Below, piece after piece: positions 13,223-27,389 of a stretch of DNA of 64,000 bases. Position 1 is the first letter of the stretch. Each line of letters begins with the position of its first letter. Origin of the DNA: Eledone cirrhosa (Eukaryota); assembly GCA_964016885.1 (NCBI GenBank), contig OZ024743.1, positions 279,930,001 to 279,994,000 on the forward strand, read 5' to 3'. Both the position numbers and the translations under genes were made by a program. The notes beneath the pieces were generated by a model. It was not told where the DNA came from. It was given only the letters and a program-made list of their open reading frames with translations, and made no database searches.

Positions 13223-14173
13223 GAACCAAATAAATATATATATTTTTTTTAAAAATAAGACTCCAGTTGCATTTTCGATTTCATCTTTTTTTCTTTATAC
13301 TTTCACTCGTGTAGGACACCTCGGTTATTTTTCATTTTGTAAAAAAAACCTCACTTTCTAATATATATATATACATTTAAGGGGAGATTTACACTAGGGA
13401 CAACAACTTTAGTTTTTCATATTTTTGTCCATGTGCCTGAATGAAGGGCCAGTTTAAACCTGCCTCCTCCATTATACAGTGGTGACCATGACTGCATCTC
13501 GAACCCATTGGTAGCACATACATGTAGTTAGGTTTAGTCGGTTGATGCGAATCAGAAGTGTAAATAAAATGCTTAATAGTTAAATGGTCAAATCATATGT
13601 GCCGTCTGATGTCATCCGGATGTTGTAGATATTTTGTGAGTCAGCAAAATGTTTGTGTTGTTGATCACTAAAGATGTTTGCCTACGCCAACAGGGAGATA
13701 TTAGCTCATTTATGCTGTATCACATCCGCTCTACAACTGGGATAAAGGTATGACACTGTAGTCGTTTAGTCACATATCAATACTGATCAAGCAGATATTG
13801 TCTCAAACACTTTGCAGCCTTTACGAAGCCACATTGTTTTAAAAAAATACATCATCCAATGTGCCGTTCCTGCTTTAAGAAACCAGTTCTTAATTTAAGA
13901 GAACTTTAGTTGATATTTCTATGAGATCCTTTCGTTGCCAGCATGTAAATGTATTTTCTGAAACGTAACCGATTGATTCACAACGTAGGCATTCCAACTC
14001 ACACGTCAGGACTCTTCTCTGCACACCTATTGCTCCACTTCGAATATTTACTTTCATTTGAAATTCTACTGAATCCATTTATAAACACATGATCATGTTG
14101 GAAGGAAGCGACAGTCTCTGGTTACAAAATCGATCTCTCTCTTCCGCTCTTTCTTTCTCTCTTCCTCAGACTT

Positions 14174-14239
<66 letters not shown>

Positions 14240-14888
14240 TAAATCCATCAATTAATGGTCCAAGCCGTATGAAGAACTCAATGTAATCCGTATGTAGAAT
14301 ATGTTGTGAAGCAAAGTTTAAAATACAAAGTTTCAACGAGATAATTCATTGGAAGCAGAGTCAAAAAGATACAAATAGTGAAAACAATGAAATTAAACAA
14401 AATACGGGTAATTCATAGTAAAACCCATTATTTTACGATCGCTTCTGTGGGGTAGTTCTCCGTATATTCATTCTATTAATGATCTATGTAAAATATATTA
14501 CAAATTATCAAAGTAAGAAAATATACATACGTCTCCCCTACCCGCCGTCTTCAGAAATAATGAATTTTGTTTATTGAATAATATAAAACATGTATTAACT
14601 GCTTCCGCTAAAGAAGTGGTATTAGCTAATCTTTAGCGGAAGCAGTTAATAATTGTAAAAAGAAGAAAATTAATTATAACCTAACTTGGAAGATTCCCAT
14701 TTCTTATCAGGGCAATAGAAAGGAGTGTGGACTATGTTCCCAAGAAATTTTTGAAATTACTAAATCGAAAGACACTCTATTAAATAAAAGACAGCAATTA
14801 AGTATCGCATGTAACCATAGAATTAGAAAGACATTCAAGTATTATAAATACAACTAAACAAATAAAGAAGAAAATATAAAAGAAAATG

Positions 14889-14924
<36 letters not shown>

Positions 14925-14927
<3 letters not shown>

Positions 14928-15056
14928 CGAAGTAATTGTGGTAAGGAACCAGATGGACCATAACGCACCAGAGTACTCAATAGTAGAGTGGGTAATAGGA
15001 AAAAGTATGACCCCGACGGCAGAGCTCAAGCCGTTTCGACGGCTATTTCTGGACTA
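14925..15056 (-). mobile_element. Short 3'-terminal pLTR copy of the intact-PLE family (family A)
   Basis: Closely similar to 32504-32644; abuts (TA)n. Confidence 0.85.
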
Positions 15057-15104
15057 TAACTAAAATAAGTTATTGGGATATCCAATAACTTATTTTAGTT
15101 ATTG

Positions 15105-15175
15105 TTCGCGCTAGCCTGAGGTATCTGGTCTTTAATGCGAAGAAATACCTATGATGGCTAGTAGACCACTGATGA
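15105..15175 (+). ncRNA. Candidate pseudoknotted (non-circularly permuted) hammerhead ribozyme, copy 1
   Basis: TTCGC/GCGAA before GAAA; AGGTAT/ATACCT; AUC triplet; TGGTCT/AGACCA before CTGATGA; extra helix CTAGCC/GGCTAG. Confidence 0.55.
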
Positions 15176-15672
15176 TGGATAGTCCTATTTCTAATTCTTC
15201 ATTTTAATCTGTATATCACATATGCAACAACAGAGCACGCCATTTTTCATTCCTAAATGCTTTCCCCTTCGCTGTGACTTCTCTTTGTCTCTCCCCTTAC
15301 TGCTATCCTCTTTCTCTCTCCCCCTTCTCTCTCCTTCTCTCTCTTACTCTCATTCACCCCTTCTGCTACTCACCCTCTCTCGGCTAGCCTCTTCCTCACA
15401 CTTTCACTCACTCACTCTCTGCTACTCACACTCTCTCTCAATTCCTCCACCGTCCCACACCGTGCGTAATTCTTTCCTCGCTTACTTTCGCATGGTTGGG
15501 ATGTGTCTCTCGTCTTCTCGTCAATATTCGCAAGTTCTTATGTTCAAATGAATCATTGACTTGATTTTCTCATTTTTTCCTCTCTTCACGTTGCATCACC
15601 ATTCATCTTTGTTTACCTGTCTCTCCTTCTCCACCCAATTCTTTTTATCCCAATAACTTATTTTAGTTATTG

Positions 15673-15743
15673 TTCGCGCTAGCCCGAGGTATCTGGTCTT
15701 TAATGCGAAGAAATACCTATGATGGCTAGTAGACCACTGATGA
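15673..15743 (+). ncRNA. Candidate pseudoknotted hammerhead ribozyme, copy 2
   Basis: Identical to copy 1 except T>C at one predicted unpaired linker position. Confidence 0.55.
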
Positions 15744-15965
15744 TGGATAGTCCTATTCCTAATTCTTCATTTTAATTTATATATATATATATATATATCG
15801 CTTGCCACGCATCTCGGAAGTTGTTTTTCGTTAATTCCTAAGCCGAAATACGATTCTCGGTAATTTATATTAAAACTCTTATACATCTATATTAAAACTT
15901 TTATACTCTGCTATGTATTGAGTACCTTACTTACTGTGGTTACCTCCGATTCAACCCGGAATAAC

Positions 15966-16007
<42 letters not shown>

Positions 16008-16373
16008 ATTTTGTTCTTCACGATAAACGAACTGCTTATATGAACTGCTTATCTGAATGTTTTGTAACACAATGGAAATATACACGTATTGCTTGCTTCT
16101 TGGACTTTCAGTCACTCCTTTAAAAAGTACGATCAGTCCAACTCCACAAAACATCTCCCCACCGGAAATTTCTCTACTAGTGAATATTTCTCTTGCAGCA
16201 AGACTTAACCTGCGTCAAACATTTCTGTATAGGAGTGACTGCGACGGCAATGAGCACTAACATTTCCTCCAGTAAATGAAACAAGTAAATATATCAACGC
16301 ACATATGTATATATACATACATAAATATACATACATACATACATATATACATATATATATACATATATATACA

Positions 16374-16478
<105 letters not shown>

Positions 16479-16549
16479 CAACACCGATTCTTCGTTCTTT
16501 ATGATATATATGTATATATATATATATATATATATACATATATATATAC

Positions 16550-16691
<142 letters not shown>

Positions 16692-17697
16692 TTATTTATA
16701 TATATATATATATATAATATATGCATAGAGAGAGAGACCGAAGTATATAAAATTAATGGGAGTCATGGATGATGTGAATATGCAATGGTATGAATATATT
16801 TATGATCAACGATTGCATGCGTGCAACAGCAGTAGCAATTTACTACGTACATTGGTATTTAAAGAACTGTAATAATAAATATTTCAAAGCAAAGTCAGAT
16901 TGGAAACGACATGCCGCGGAGATCTAGGCTTTTAATTGAACGTGTGTATGTTTACATATATCTATCTGTCTGACTTTATATATATATATATATATATATA
17001 AAATTCATATACATATATACATATCTATACCTATATATGTGTGCGTTAGTATGTTACTATGTATACATACATTCATACATACATAAATGTGAGTGAAAGC
17101 AAGGCGGAGAGAGAGAAAGGCAAAGAGAAAGGAAGAGCTAGAATTATAAACATTATAACAAAAACTCAAGTAATGAGTTAAGTAACTTTTCATGGTGAGA
17201 GGAAGGAGCAAGGGACGGAAGATGAAGAAGAAACCGCAGTGAAGAATACCACACAACAGCAACTGCCAAGAACGAAATGTGGGCGGGGGGGGGGGGGACA
17301 AGAGCAACAAGAAATTACTGGTGGGGAAATTGAAAGTGAAAGTTGAGTATGAGGTGTAGAAGGAAATGTTGTGAGTGATAGAAAACGTGTGAGAGAGAGG
17401 GAAAAGGAGAGAAACGGGGAGCGTGTTGCAATGTGGATAAAGAAGAGACATATGATCTCAGAAGGAGGCATGTGCAAGAAATACGGGAAAGGAGACACAA
17501 TGAGAAATAAACTGAAACTTAACTAACGGAGAGAGAGATAGAGAGAGTGGGAGGAAGGATAGAGTGAGAGAGAAGGATTTAGACAGGTTAAAGGCATGTG
17601 AGAAGGGGAGATGCTAACAGAAGTAAATAAGAGAGAAACAGATTTTGTGTATATAAATATGTCTTTCTCTCTTTACTGTGTTATACACACACATATA

Positions 17698-17776
<79 letters not shown>

Positions 17777-17779
17777 ATA

Positions 17780-17816
<37 letters not shown>

Positions 17817-19089
17817 ATATATATATTTATATATATATATAGGAGGAGTGGGGGGGGATGACTGTGTATGTATGTATGTGAGTATGTATGCATGTATATA
17901 TCGAGAGAGAACTTGGGAAATAGTGAGACAAAGAGAAATGAGAAGGGGGCTAGTTGTACTAAGCAAGAACTAGGAAAGAGAAGATACAAGGAAAAATAAA
18001 GAGTAAGATTTAGATTTCAATGGTGTGAGTGGGATGAAGAGAGAGAGAGGGGGGAGACAGGCGGGAATATGAAAGAGAATATGTGAGAGAGAGGGCGAGA
18101 ATGAAATAATTCATATTTCTTTGAAATAATGAAATTTACGTGTTTAGAAAGATAAGTCTTTTGATGTTTAAACCCCGCTTCTCCGTGATCCTAAAAGCTG
18201 CATAAGTATTTATGACTTCCACGATTCTTTCGGGATCAAACGGGGCGGAAACCCCCATACACCTAATATTTTTTTTTTCTTTAGAAGTATTATATAAAGT
18301 GAGGTTATTAACTAAAAGCATATTTCACTCCGGAGGTGAGAAGCTTAGCCATGAGTTTTCATATCTCGCATATTAAACAGTGTCGTAAATTTAGAGAAAG
18401 CCTCTAAGCCATACTCTTGTTGCTTTGCTGTTCTTTTTGTTGTTACTACTGATGGTGTTATGAATGCATTTGGCGTTGTGGTTAGAGATTTTGTGTCATA
18501 GTAACTACGTCGTAAGTTCGATTCCAGGACCAGACACCACGGTGTGTCATTCAGTAAGACGCTTTATTTCACTTACTCTCGAATAATCGTCCCCCTCCAC
18601 TTATTAATTTTTCAGATTGATTCCACCCAACCCCTCACCGATCATTTAATTATGTTAATCTATCTCTGGTGAAATGTTATTTCAATTTTCTTTATACATT
18701 AAGAAACGGTATACATGACAAAAAAGTACATTACTAGAAATCCCATACGTCATAAAATAAATAGGATGGGTTGAGGTCCCAACGAAGACAACTTAGACAA
18801 CTTAGAAAAATGAACGATTTTCCAACACCACTCCGCTTATTCCAACTCCTTCCCTGTAATATAGGACCTGAGAGTAGGTGGAAAAAATGAGTTACAATAA
18901 CACTAGTGCCAAACCTTATCGCTATATGCCTTTCCTTTGGACAATACTGGTGACATAAAGAGAGCAAACTCGAATGTTTCGGAAACTAATGGTCTTCCAC
19001 AAAATCACTTTGCCTAGGATTGGGTGTTGGAGAGTGACTTTCAATTTGCAAGCCTATGGTCTACCATGCCTGGGTCTATTTTAGTGACA

Positions 19090-19400
19090 ATGGTGGTGGT
19101 GGTGAAGATGGTGGTGGTGGTGGTAATGGTAGTGGTGATGGTGGTGGTGGTAGTGCTTGTTTTGCTGATGCTTCTGACGGTGGTGGTGGTGGTGGTGATG
19201 ATGGTGTTGGTGCTTGTAGTTGTGGTTGTGATGGTGGTGTTGTTTTTGTTGTTGTTGTTGGTGCTTTTGTTGTTGGTGTCGGTGGTGCTGGTGGTGGCGG
19301 TGCTGGTGGTGGTGCTAGTGGTGGTGTTGGTGTTGGTGTTGGCGGTGGTGGTGGTGGTGGTGGTGGTGGTGCTTGTGCTGGTGCTGGTGATGGTGGTTAC
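19090..19400. repeat. Degenerate (GGT)n/(GTT)n trinucleotide repeat
   Basis: Directly visible. Confidence 0.95.
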
Positions 19401-20256
19401 AGCGGATTGTTTTACGAATTCGCCCACTTGACGAGCGAGATATAGCAGCCAGATCTTCCTAAATTAACACTTATCGATGTTAATAAAATGCTGGACACAG
19501 AGGATATTGTATTAATAGAAATCCCTAAGCGGATTCAGTGCCTTCGATCTTAGTTTTGCTGGATCAGCATTGACCTAGAACTAAACAACAAAATCAATAA
19601 CTCACACCCATGGTGCCAGGCTGTCGTGTTAAATGCGTGGTATAGTGTTTGTCTTAACAATAGATAGGACCATTTCTTCAAAGATTTATATACAGAAACT
19701 ATGAAAATTCATGGACCAGGTGGTGGTGCCTAGGTTGAGGGGTCTGTTTGTAAAATACATTGCAGTCTCCATTTCATGCCTCAAAAACTGGCGATTAACC
19801 TGTGACATGTCCTGGGAGGCGTGGGATAGACGCACAAAGATTGCGAATCCCAAGACCCCAAAGAGGTTTGGAAACAGTTGCTTCTCTCTCTATGTCTGTT
19901 TTTGAATATACTCTCTCGCAACCACTATCTCTCTCCCTCCCCTCTCTCTCTCTCTATTTATGAAAGTACCAGGGAAAATCCCGTATCTCGGGAACCTATG
20001 CTTCGATTCACGCGAAACTTGTTTTATTATATTCATATTCCCATTTCAGAGAAAATTTCCTTTCAAAGTATTTCCCATTTTGCGCCGTTTTGGGTGTATT
20101 AAATTACAGAGAAGCACACAATCACAGTGTTTAAGTAGTATGCAGATAGATATCTCTGTCTAGAAATGTATTTATTGATGTCTAGATACGTTATTCTATG
20201 TCTCTCTCATTCTCTCTCCTTGCCTATTTCTCTCTCTCTCTCAATCTCTCTCTCTG

Positions 20257-20296
<40 letters not shown>

Positions 20297-20297
20297 A

Positions 20298-20763
20298 AAA
20301 ATAATTGTTTCTACTTTAGGCACAAGGCCAGCAATTACCCAGTGCATTACTGGTACTTTATTTTACCGACCCCGTAAGGATGAAAGGCAAAGTAAACCTC
20401 GGCGGAATAATAATTGTTTCTACTTTAGGCACAAGGCCAGGAATTTACCAGTGCATTACTGGTACTTTATTTTATCTACCCCGTAAGGATGAAAGGCAAA
20501 GTCAACCTCGGCTGGATTTGAACTCAGATCGTAAAGGGCTGTAACTATGCTGGAAAGCATGGCGTCCGACCCTTGGGAAAATAATTGTTTCTACTTTAGG
20601 CACAAGGCCAGCAAATTACCCAGTGCATTACTGGTACTTTTATTTTATCGACCTCAGAAGGATGAAAGGCAAAGTTAACCTCAGCGGGATTTGAACTCAG
20701 ATCATACAGGGAGGTAACTCTATGCTTCAAAGCATGGCATCCGACCCTCTACCGATACTGCCA
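20298..20763 (-). mobile_element. Tandem cluster of three partial or complete copies of the abundant SINE
   Basis: AATTGTTTCTACTTTAGGCACAAGGCCAG repeated at ~20303, ~20412 and ~20583, each followed by the AAGGATGAAAGGCAAAG core. Confidence 0.85.
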
Positions 20764-20914
20764 AAATTAATGATAGAGGACTAGAACTGTTGCATTCGTA
20801 TGAAATCCTTAATCAGGAGTGTCCTGGTGATTTCATACGAATGAAACATTTCTAGTTATTTAGGATAAATTTTCTCTCTCTATCTCATTGTCATCCTCAT
20901 CATCACCATCATCA

Positions 20915-23410
20915 TCTTCTTCTTCTTCTTCTTCTTCTTCTTCTTCTTCTTCTTCTTCTTCTTCTTCTTCTTCTTCTTCTTCTTCTTCTTCTTCTTCTTC
21001 TTCTTCTTCTTCTTCTTCTTCTTCTTCTTCTTCTTCTTCGCTCTCCTATTCCTGGGACGGTCGTTGGGGCAGAGTCTTCAAACACTACTTCCAAGGGCGC
21101 TGTCAGGAGCAACCGCCTCCAACTGATGTAGCTCGATCCCCAAGCGAGATAAGCTAAGGTCATGGATGTTATCCAACCATGTTGCTCGGGGAAGGTCAAC
21201 CTCTGAATTTCCTGCTGGTTAGTTTCGCCCGTAAAATCAGTCCACTGATTCTTTCCTGAAACAATCTACCTTCATGTCCATAATCCCGGAGCTTGATAGC
21301 TCTATTAGGAAAAGTAGAATCTCCACCTGGAGTGACTCTCTGATCTCCAAGCTACATACTCTATCGCGTAACGTTACTCCTAAGACCCTTCGGAAGAAAC
21401 CAATTTCTGCAGTTTGTATTCGCGATCGTATTCTTTCGGTCTTACTCAAGATTCATGACCTTAGGTAAACACTAATATGGACTTGAAGATAGCGAGTTTG
21501 GTCTTTACATCTACCGCTTCTTCTCATTACCGAATGCTGAAAACTGGTACATTACTGCACCAGCTCCTGCAATCCATGCACTTAATTCAAGGCCCTGTCT
21601 TCCATCACTCGTGAACACGGCCCCGAGATACTTGAACTTCTCTACCTGCTTCAGTGGAACTCCATTCACAAGTAGAGTGCACTGCGCAGGATTTCTTGAG
21701 AGGACAAGCGTCTCAGTTTTCGCAGCACTGATTTTCATTCCAAGTCATGCAGCAATCAGCGTCAAACCTATCAAGCGCAAGTCGTAGATCAACTTCTGTC
21801 GAATTAAGTAGCACCATGTCATCAACAAATTCTAGCCGACTAATTTTACAGCCGCCAGTCGTGATACCACTTCCAACCTGGCTGCGCATGTCAATCATGT
21901 TTATAAAATAATGAACAGGAGCTTTGACAGTACGCACCCTTGGCGAAGTCTAAGTCTCACATTGAAATGTTTCGATTCAGCACCATTTATCAGAGCACAA
22001 ATATTCGGGCATTCATATATAGACATCAGGGCAACAAGCAGCTGACAATTGATCCAATATCCCTGCAGAGCCTTCCACAGCAAATCCCGAAGAACGCGGT
22101 CACATGCCTTTTTGACATCTACGAAACAAGATTTCCCGACGACCTGCCGCAGTGTGAATATTTGGTCGACTGTGCTGCGTCCGGGGCGAAAACCCCACTG
22201 TTCATCAATTAGGTTGGACTCGACAATCTCCTTACAACACTTTGCCAGACACTTAGCATATACTTTACCAGAGAGGCTTAACAAGGAGATCCCACTGTAG
22301 TTGGAACAATCTCTCTTGTCTCCCTTTTTGAAAATTGGGATTATCACTCCCGATTGCCATTGCTTGGGTGTCTTTCCTGAAATCCAGGCCACCCGGCACA
22401 CACGGCTTTTACTCTCTTGGGTCGGATTTCATCCTCCCCACAGGCCTTGCCACATTTGAGTTCTTTAACTGCTCTTGTTCCCTCAGTCTCCAAGAGATTA
22501 GTCACCTCTCCCAGATGCACCACGTGTACATCAGATGCTGTTGTTATCTGGTTTAGATCAGAAAAGTATTCTCTCCTCGCGAAGATGCACCTTTCAGAAA
22601 AGCAAAGGACCCCGACGCGTTCTTGGTAGCAAGTGTAGAGGAGGAATTCTTATTATGAATTCAGCGGGTGGTCTGCCAGAACACTTCATTTGCTGCTCTG
22701 CAGTAAGATTCCAGCTTACCTCCAAAGTCCTCCCATTTCCTAACTTTGGACGCCGTTACTGACTCTGCTGCCATTTCTAGGGTATGACTGTACCGCAAGT
22801 GCAAGAAAGAGGACTTATTTCCAAGCCCAGGTTTGTAGGCCTCCTTCTTATCTGGTATAGCATTTTTGACGTCTTGATTGGACCAGGAAGTCCTCCTGCA
22901 ATCTGGCGTCATACCAACTCGCGTTCGCCCACAGCATTTAACAGCTGAAGCAGAAACTGCTGTATCAACGTCCTCAGTTTGCTCAGGGAGTTCTCTGAAT
23001 GCAATAGTATCTGGATACCTGGTCCTGACTTCCTTACCCACCTTATCCACAAAATCTTCCCACTTTATCCTGTAGGTCGTCCTGGGCCAGCTTGTTCTGT
23101 GGGCTTCTTTGGATTTATTATTTTCAACTTGCAGATAACTAGATGGTGATCAGTTAACAGCTAAGCCCCTCTCTTAATACGAATATGCAGCCCTGGATCG
23201 AAGACATCAGAGAAATTTAGATGGTGGTCGCTTTTACTTCCAATCACTTCTTCCATTCGTATTTAGATCGGGGAGTTTCCATCCTCCATCCGAATCTACA
23301 GTACCAGGGTCATTGAGCTTTTTTTAAGAAACCCTGACTATATCTAGCTGGTAGCATCTAGCCACCTCCACTAATTCTTGCTCCTTACCTTTTAAGGGTT
23401 GTAATGCGTT
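20915..23410 (-). mobile_element. Degenerate RTE-clade LINE (Rex3/Expander-like) with (AGA)n tail
   Basis: Pieces KGKEQELVE..YQLDIV (APE start), WQSGVIIPIFKKGDKRDCSNYSGISLLS, EQWGFRPGRSTVDQIF, LRQGCVLS, FVDDMVL, VEKFKYLG; (TCT)n at 20915-21039. Confidence 0.9.
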
Positions 23411-23459
23411 TATGTGTGTGTGTGTGTGTGCGTGTGTGTGTGTGTGGGGGGGGTGTGGG

Positions 23460-23534
<75 letters not shown>

Positions 23535-24244
23535 TGTGTGCCTGCTCGCAAATGTGTGTATATAAATTTTTTAAATACACATGTATCTAACAATGTAAGT
23601 GAAATTAGCCCGATCAAATATTACTATTTTGAGCTGTATTTAATTACATATTTTACTATGCAGCATATGAATTAATTTTTATGAATACTGATACAAACTG
23701 AGTTTTACAGGAGCAGATATTTTCTTGTTTAAACACATTGCAAATTTGTTTCTCTTTTCAATCTCATCTGCGCGTTATACTTGTCATATCTCCTCTGAAT
23801 GATGTTTGTCACGAGCTGTGAGGTGAAAAGCCTATTTAATTTTGACGATGTTTCATCAAAAGCAATAGCCACAGCTCCCCACTTCTTTTTAAAGCAAAGG
23901 GATGCATTAGACCATAAAGAACATAATACAGCTCTACGCAGAGAAGCCCTATTAGCTAATGAATGTATGAAGTAGAAAATATGTAGAAAATATGGCTCAT
24001 AATCCTTTAAATTCTATGTCCTTCAAATTTCCACATGTAGAGAGCTTGTGTGTGGTTGCTTCATTTTCTAGAATTCTCATGCAAATTTCCATCAAACCAC
24101 TTCCTACCTTCTTCAACAAAGAAAAAGTACACGTCAGATAATGTACACCTATATATCATTAAAGAAACAGGATAATCTTGGTTGAAATGCGTCAGACCAT
24201 GATTCTTCTCAAACAGGCTGGACCAGGGGCTAAACTACAACAAT

Positions 24245-24456
24245 GTTTTCTTATATAGGCAAAAGGCCAGCAATTTTTTGGCAAAGGGAAAGTCGATTAA
24301 ATCGACCTCAGTGTGTGACGGGTACTTTATTTTATCGACTCCCTAAGGATAAAAGGCAAAGTTAACCTCGGCGGGATTTGAACTCAGATCAGAAAGGGCA
24401 GTAACTCTATGCTGCAAATCATAGCGCCGTACTCTCTACCGATACTACCAGTCCAC
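24245..24456 (-). mobile_element. Abundant SINE copy
   Basis: Reverse complement of the 39627-39845 type. Confidence 0.85.
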
Positions 24457-24559
24457 CAAACAATAACAAACAGCAGCCAAATGTTTTCATTAACTCCATT
24501 CTTATATCACATTCTTTGCAATTATCAGTAGGAAAAAAGATAAGAGTACATTATACGCA

Positions 24560-24655
<96 letters not shown>

Positions 24656-24678
24656 TATATACATTCATGTATATATAT

Positions 24679-24716
<38 letters not shown>

Positions 24717-25160
24717 TATGCATATATATATGCATATATATATATATATATTCATATATATATATATACATGTATGTATTTATGTATATGCATAAAAAAA
24801 TATTCTTCGTGGTACGAATGAGCATCTGAATGGTGTGGTCACGTGACCTCGAAACATCGATACAAATGAACGGGAATCAAAAGTTATTCCCAAGCTCCCA
24901 ATACACAATAAAGAACACTGATAAGGAAATACGAGAAATTAAAAATAAAATATTGTAAAACAGATTGTAGCTGTGTTTTTCAATGAAATGCGCGTAGAGA
25001 AGCTGCCATTATATACAATTGAAGCTCGTACACGTCCACATGTACAAAATACTGTTATGGGTTATAGCAAACATATGCGCAAAAAATATATACACACTCA
25101 TGCATATCATATGTATGAAATCATATATATACATAGTATACATATATCTATGCATACATA

Positions 25161-25237
<77 letters not shown>

Positions 25238-25389
25238 TACATATATTATATATTATATGCATATATATATGTATATATATATAAATATAAATATATATAT
25301 ATACACGTTTTCTTTATATGTGTTTATATGCATTTAAATATATATATATGTGTGTGTATGTATACACACACACACACACACACACACAT

Positions 25390-25458
<69 letters not shown>

Positions 25459-25538
25459 TAGACATATATATACTTCTATTTTATGTATATATATATATGT
25501 GTGTGTATAAATAGAGATATATATATACTTCTATTATA

Positions 25539-25571
<33 letters not shown>

Positions 25572-25574
<3 letters not shown>

Positions 25575-25784
25575 TTTAAAGATATGCATAAACGAACACG
25601 CTAGACACAGAACCGTATACAAGTACAATGTAGCACTCACACACACACAAGTGTTATATCAGAAAGTCATAGGAGAGTATAGTATATACACACATATGTG
25701 TGTGTGTGTGTGTGTATCTGTGCTACATTGTACTTGTATACGGTTCTGTGTATAGCGTGTTCGTTTATGCATATCTTTAAAACA
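25572..25784. repeat. Inverted repeat with 65-bp arms (MITE-like or retroelement inversion)
   Basis: 25572-25636 vs 25720-25784, one mismatch. Confidence 0.85.
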
Positions 25785-26112
25785 GAACCCCTTCTTTTCA
25801 GCCATAATAGTTGGTCCTATGCAAATATTAATCCGCTCGATCAGTAAGAGATAAGGTATTCTGGATTGAAAAGCGAAAATCTCACTGAATGACATTTCAA
25901 TATTATCAGCTCACAGCATTACTAACGTTTCGATAGCATTTTAGTGTAAATAACGCAGCGTGCGAGTAGCCTCGCTAACTTTTATATAGTCTGTCAGCTT
26001 GCCCTTATGTCTGTACGTCTGTCCGTCTCTTCTCCCTCTCTCAATCTCTCTCTCCCTCCTTCCATCTCTCTTTTTTCCAACCTCTTTCTCGACCACATCA
26101 TTTATATATATG

Positions 26113-26291
<179 letters not shown>

Positions 26292-26662
26292 AGAAAGTAA
26301 GAAGGGCGAAGAAGGAAGAAAGCGATTGATAGAAAACGAGTGAGATAGTTACATGTATATATATATTTATATATATTTCTGGCGTGTATGTGTGTGTGTG
26401 TCTATATATAATCGATTTTGAGGGCTGAAAAGCGTCCCCTGTTATGTTCTCATGATTGGAATCGTAGAGGAAATGCGAGAATTCAAACCGGGTTTCTTTA
26501 CGCCAACAAAATAGTTTATATGCCTATTCCCTACAAAATAGTTTATTTTCTTCCAATAGGAAAGAAACAATTCCTTTGCTTCATATTCCTGTCACTATTG
26601 CGGCCATTAATAGTATTGTCATTGCTATCGCTATCGTTGTGGGAGTAGATGCTGATGTGATT

Positions 26663-26663
26663 C

Positions 26664-26700
<37 letters not shown>

Positions 26701-26805
26701 CTTGTTCATTGATGGATGTTGTCGCTGCAGGTGTCTGTGTTATTGTTGCTGTTATTGATGTTACTGTAGTTGATGATGATGAGGAGGATGATGATGATGA
26801 TGATA

Positions 26806-26846
<41 letters not shown>

Positions 26847-27165
26847 ATCAGTGTTGCCGTTGTTGTTTTTCCATCGGTAATGGTGGTAGTGGTGATGATG
26901 AATGTGGTGATGGTGGTGGTGCTGGTGCTGGTGGAAGTGGTAATGGTGGTAATGGTGATGATGATGATTATGTTTGTGTTGTTGGTGCCGTTGATGGTGC
27001 TGCAATTAATGATACAGTTGCTGTTACTGGTGGTGTTGTTGTTGCATTTGTTGTTGATGATGATGGTAATGATGATGATGATGATTTCGTTGCGTTTGTC
27101 GATGATGATGATGAAGATGATGATAATGATGATAATGATAATGATGGCGATGGTGATGATGTTGA
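26663..27165. repeat. Compound (GTT)n/(GAT)n/(GGT)n repeat
   Basis: Directly visible. Confidence 0.95.
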
Positions 27166-27242
27166 AAAGGATATCAACGTTGATAAATTCCATTTGTTGA
27201 TGGGAAGAAAAGCGTATTACTCAGCAGATTTTACCTATGTAT

Positions 27243-27282
<40 letters not shown>

Positions 27283-27358
27283 TATGGGGGTGGCGTGCAA
27301 TGTGGGGCTGTATATATATATATATATGGGGGTATATGTGTGTGTGTATATATATATG

Positions 27359-27389
<31 letters not shown>

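Larger units (their letters stand above)
15056..15776 (+). mobile_element. Non-coding PLE-like unit with ~128-bp direct repeats and a short inverted 5' copy
   Basis: Direct repeats 15080-15208 and ~15648-15776 (offset 568) flank a pyrimidine-rich spacer. 15056-15079 is an inverted copy of the repeat start, and the 3' end lies in (TA)n. This matches typical PLE architecture. Confidence 0.7.
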
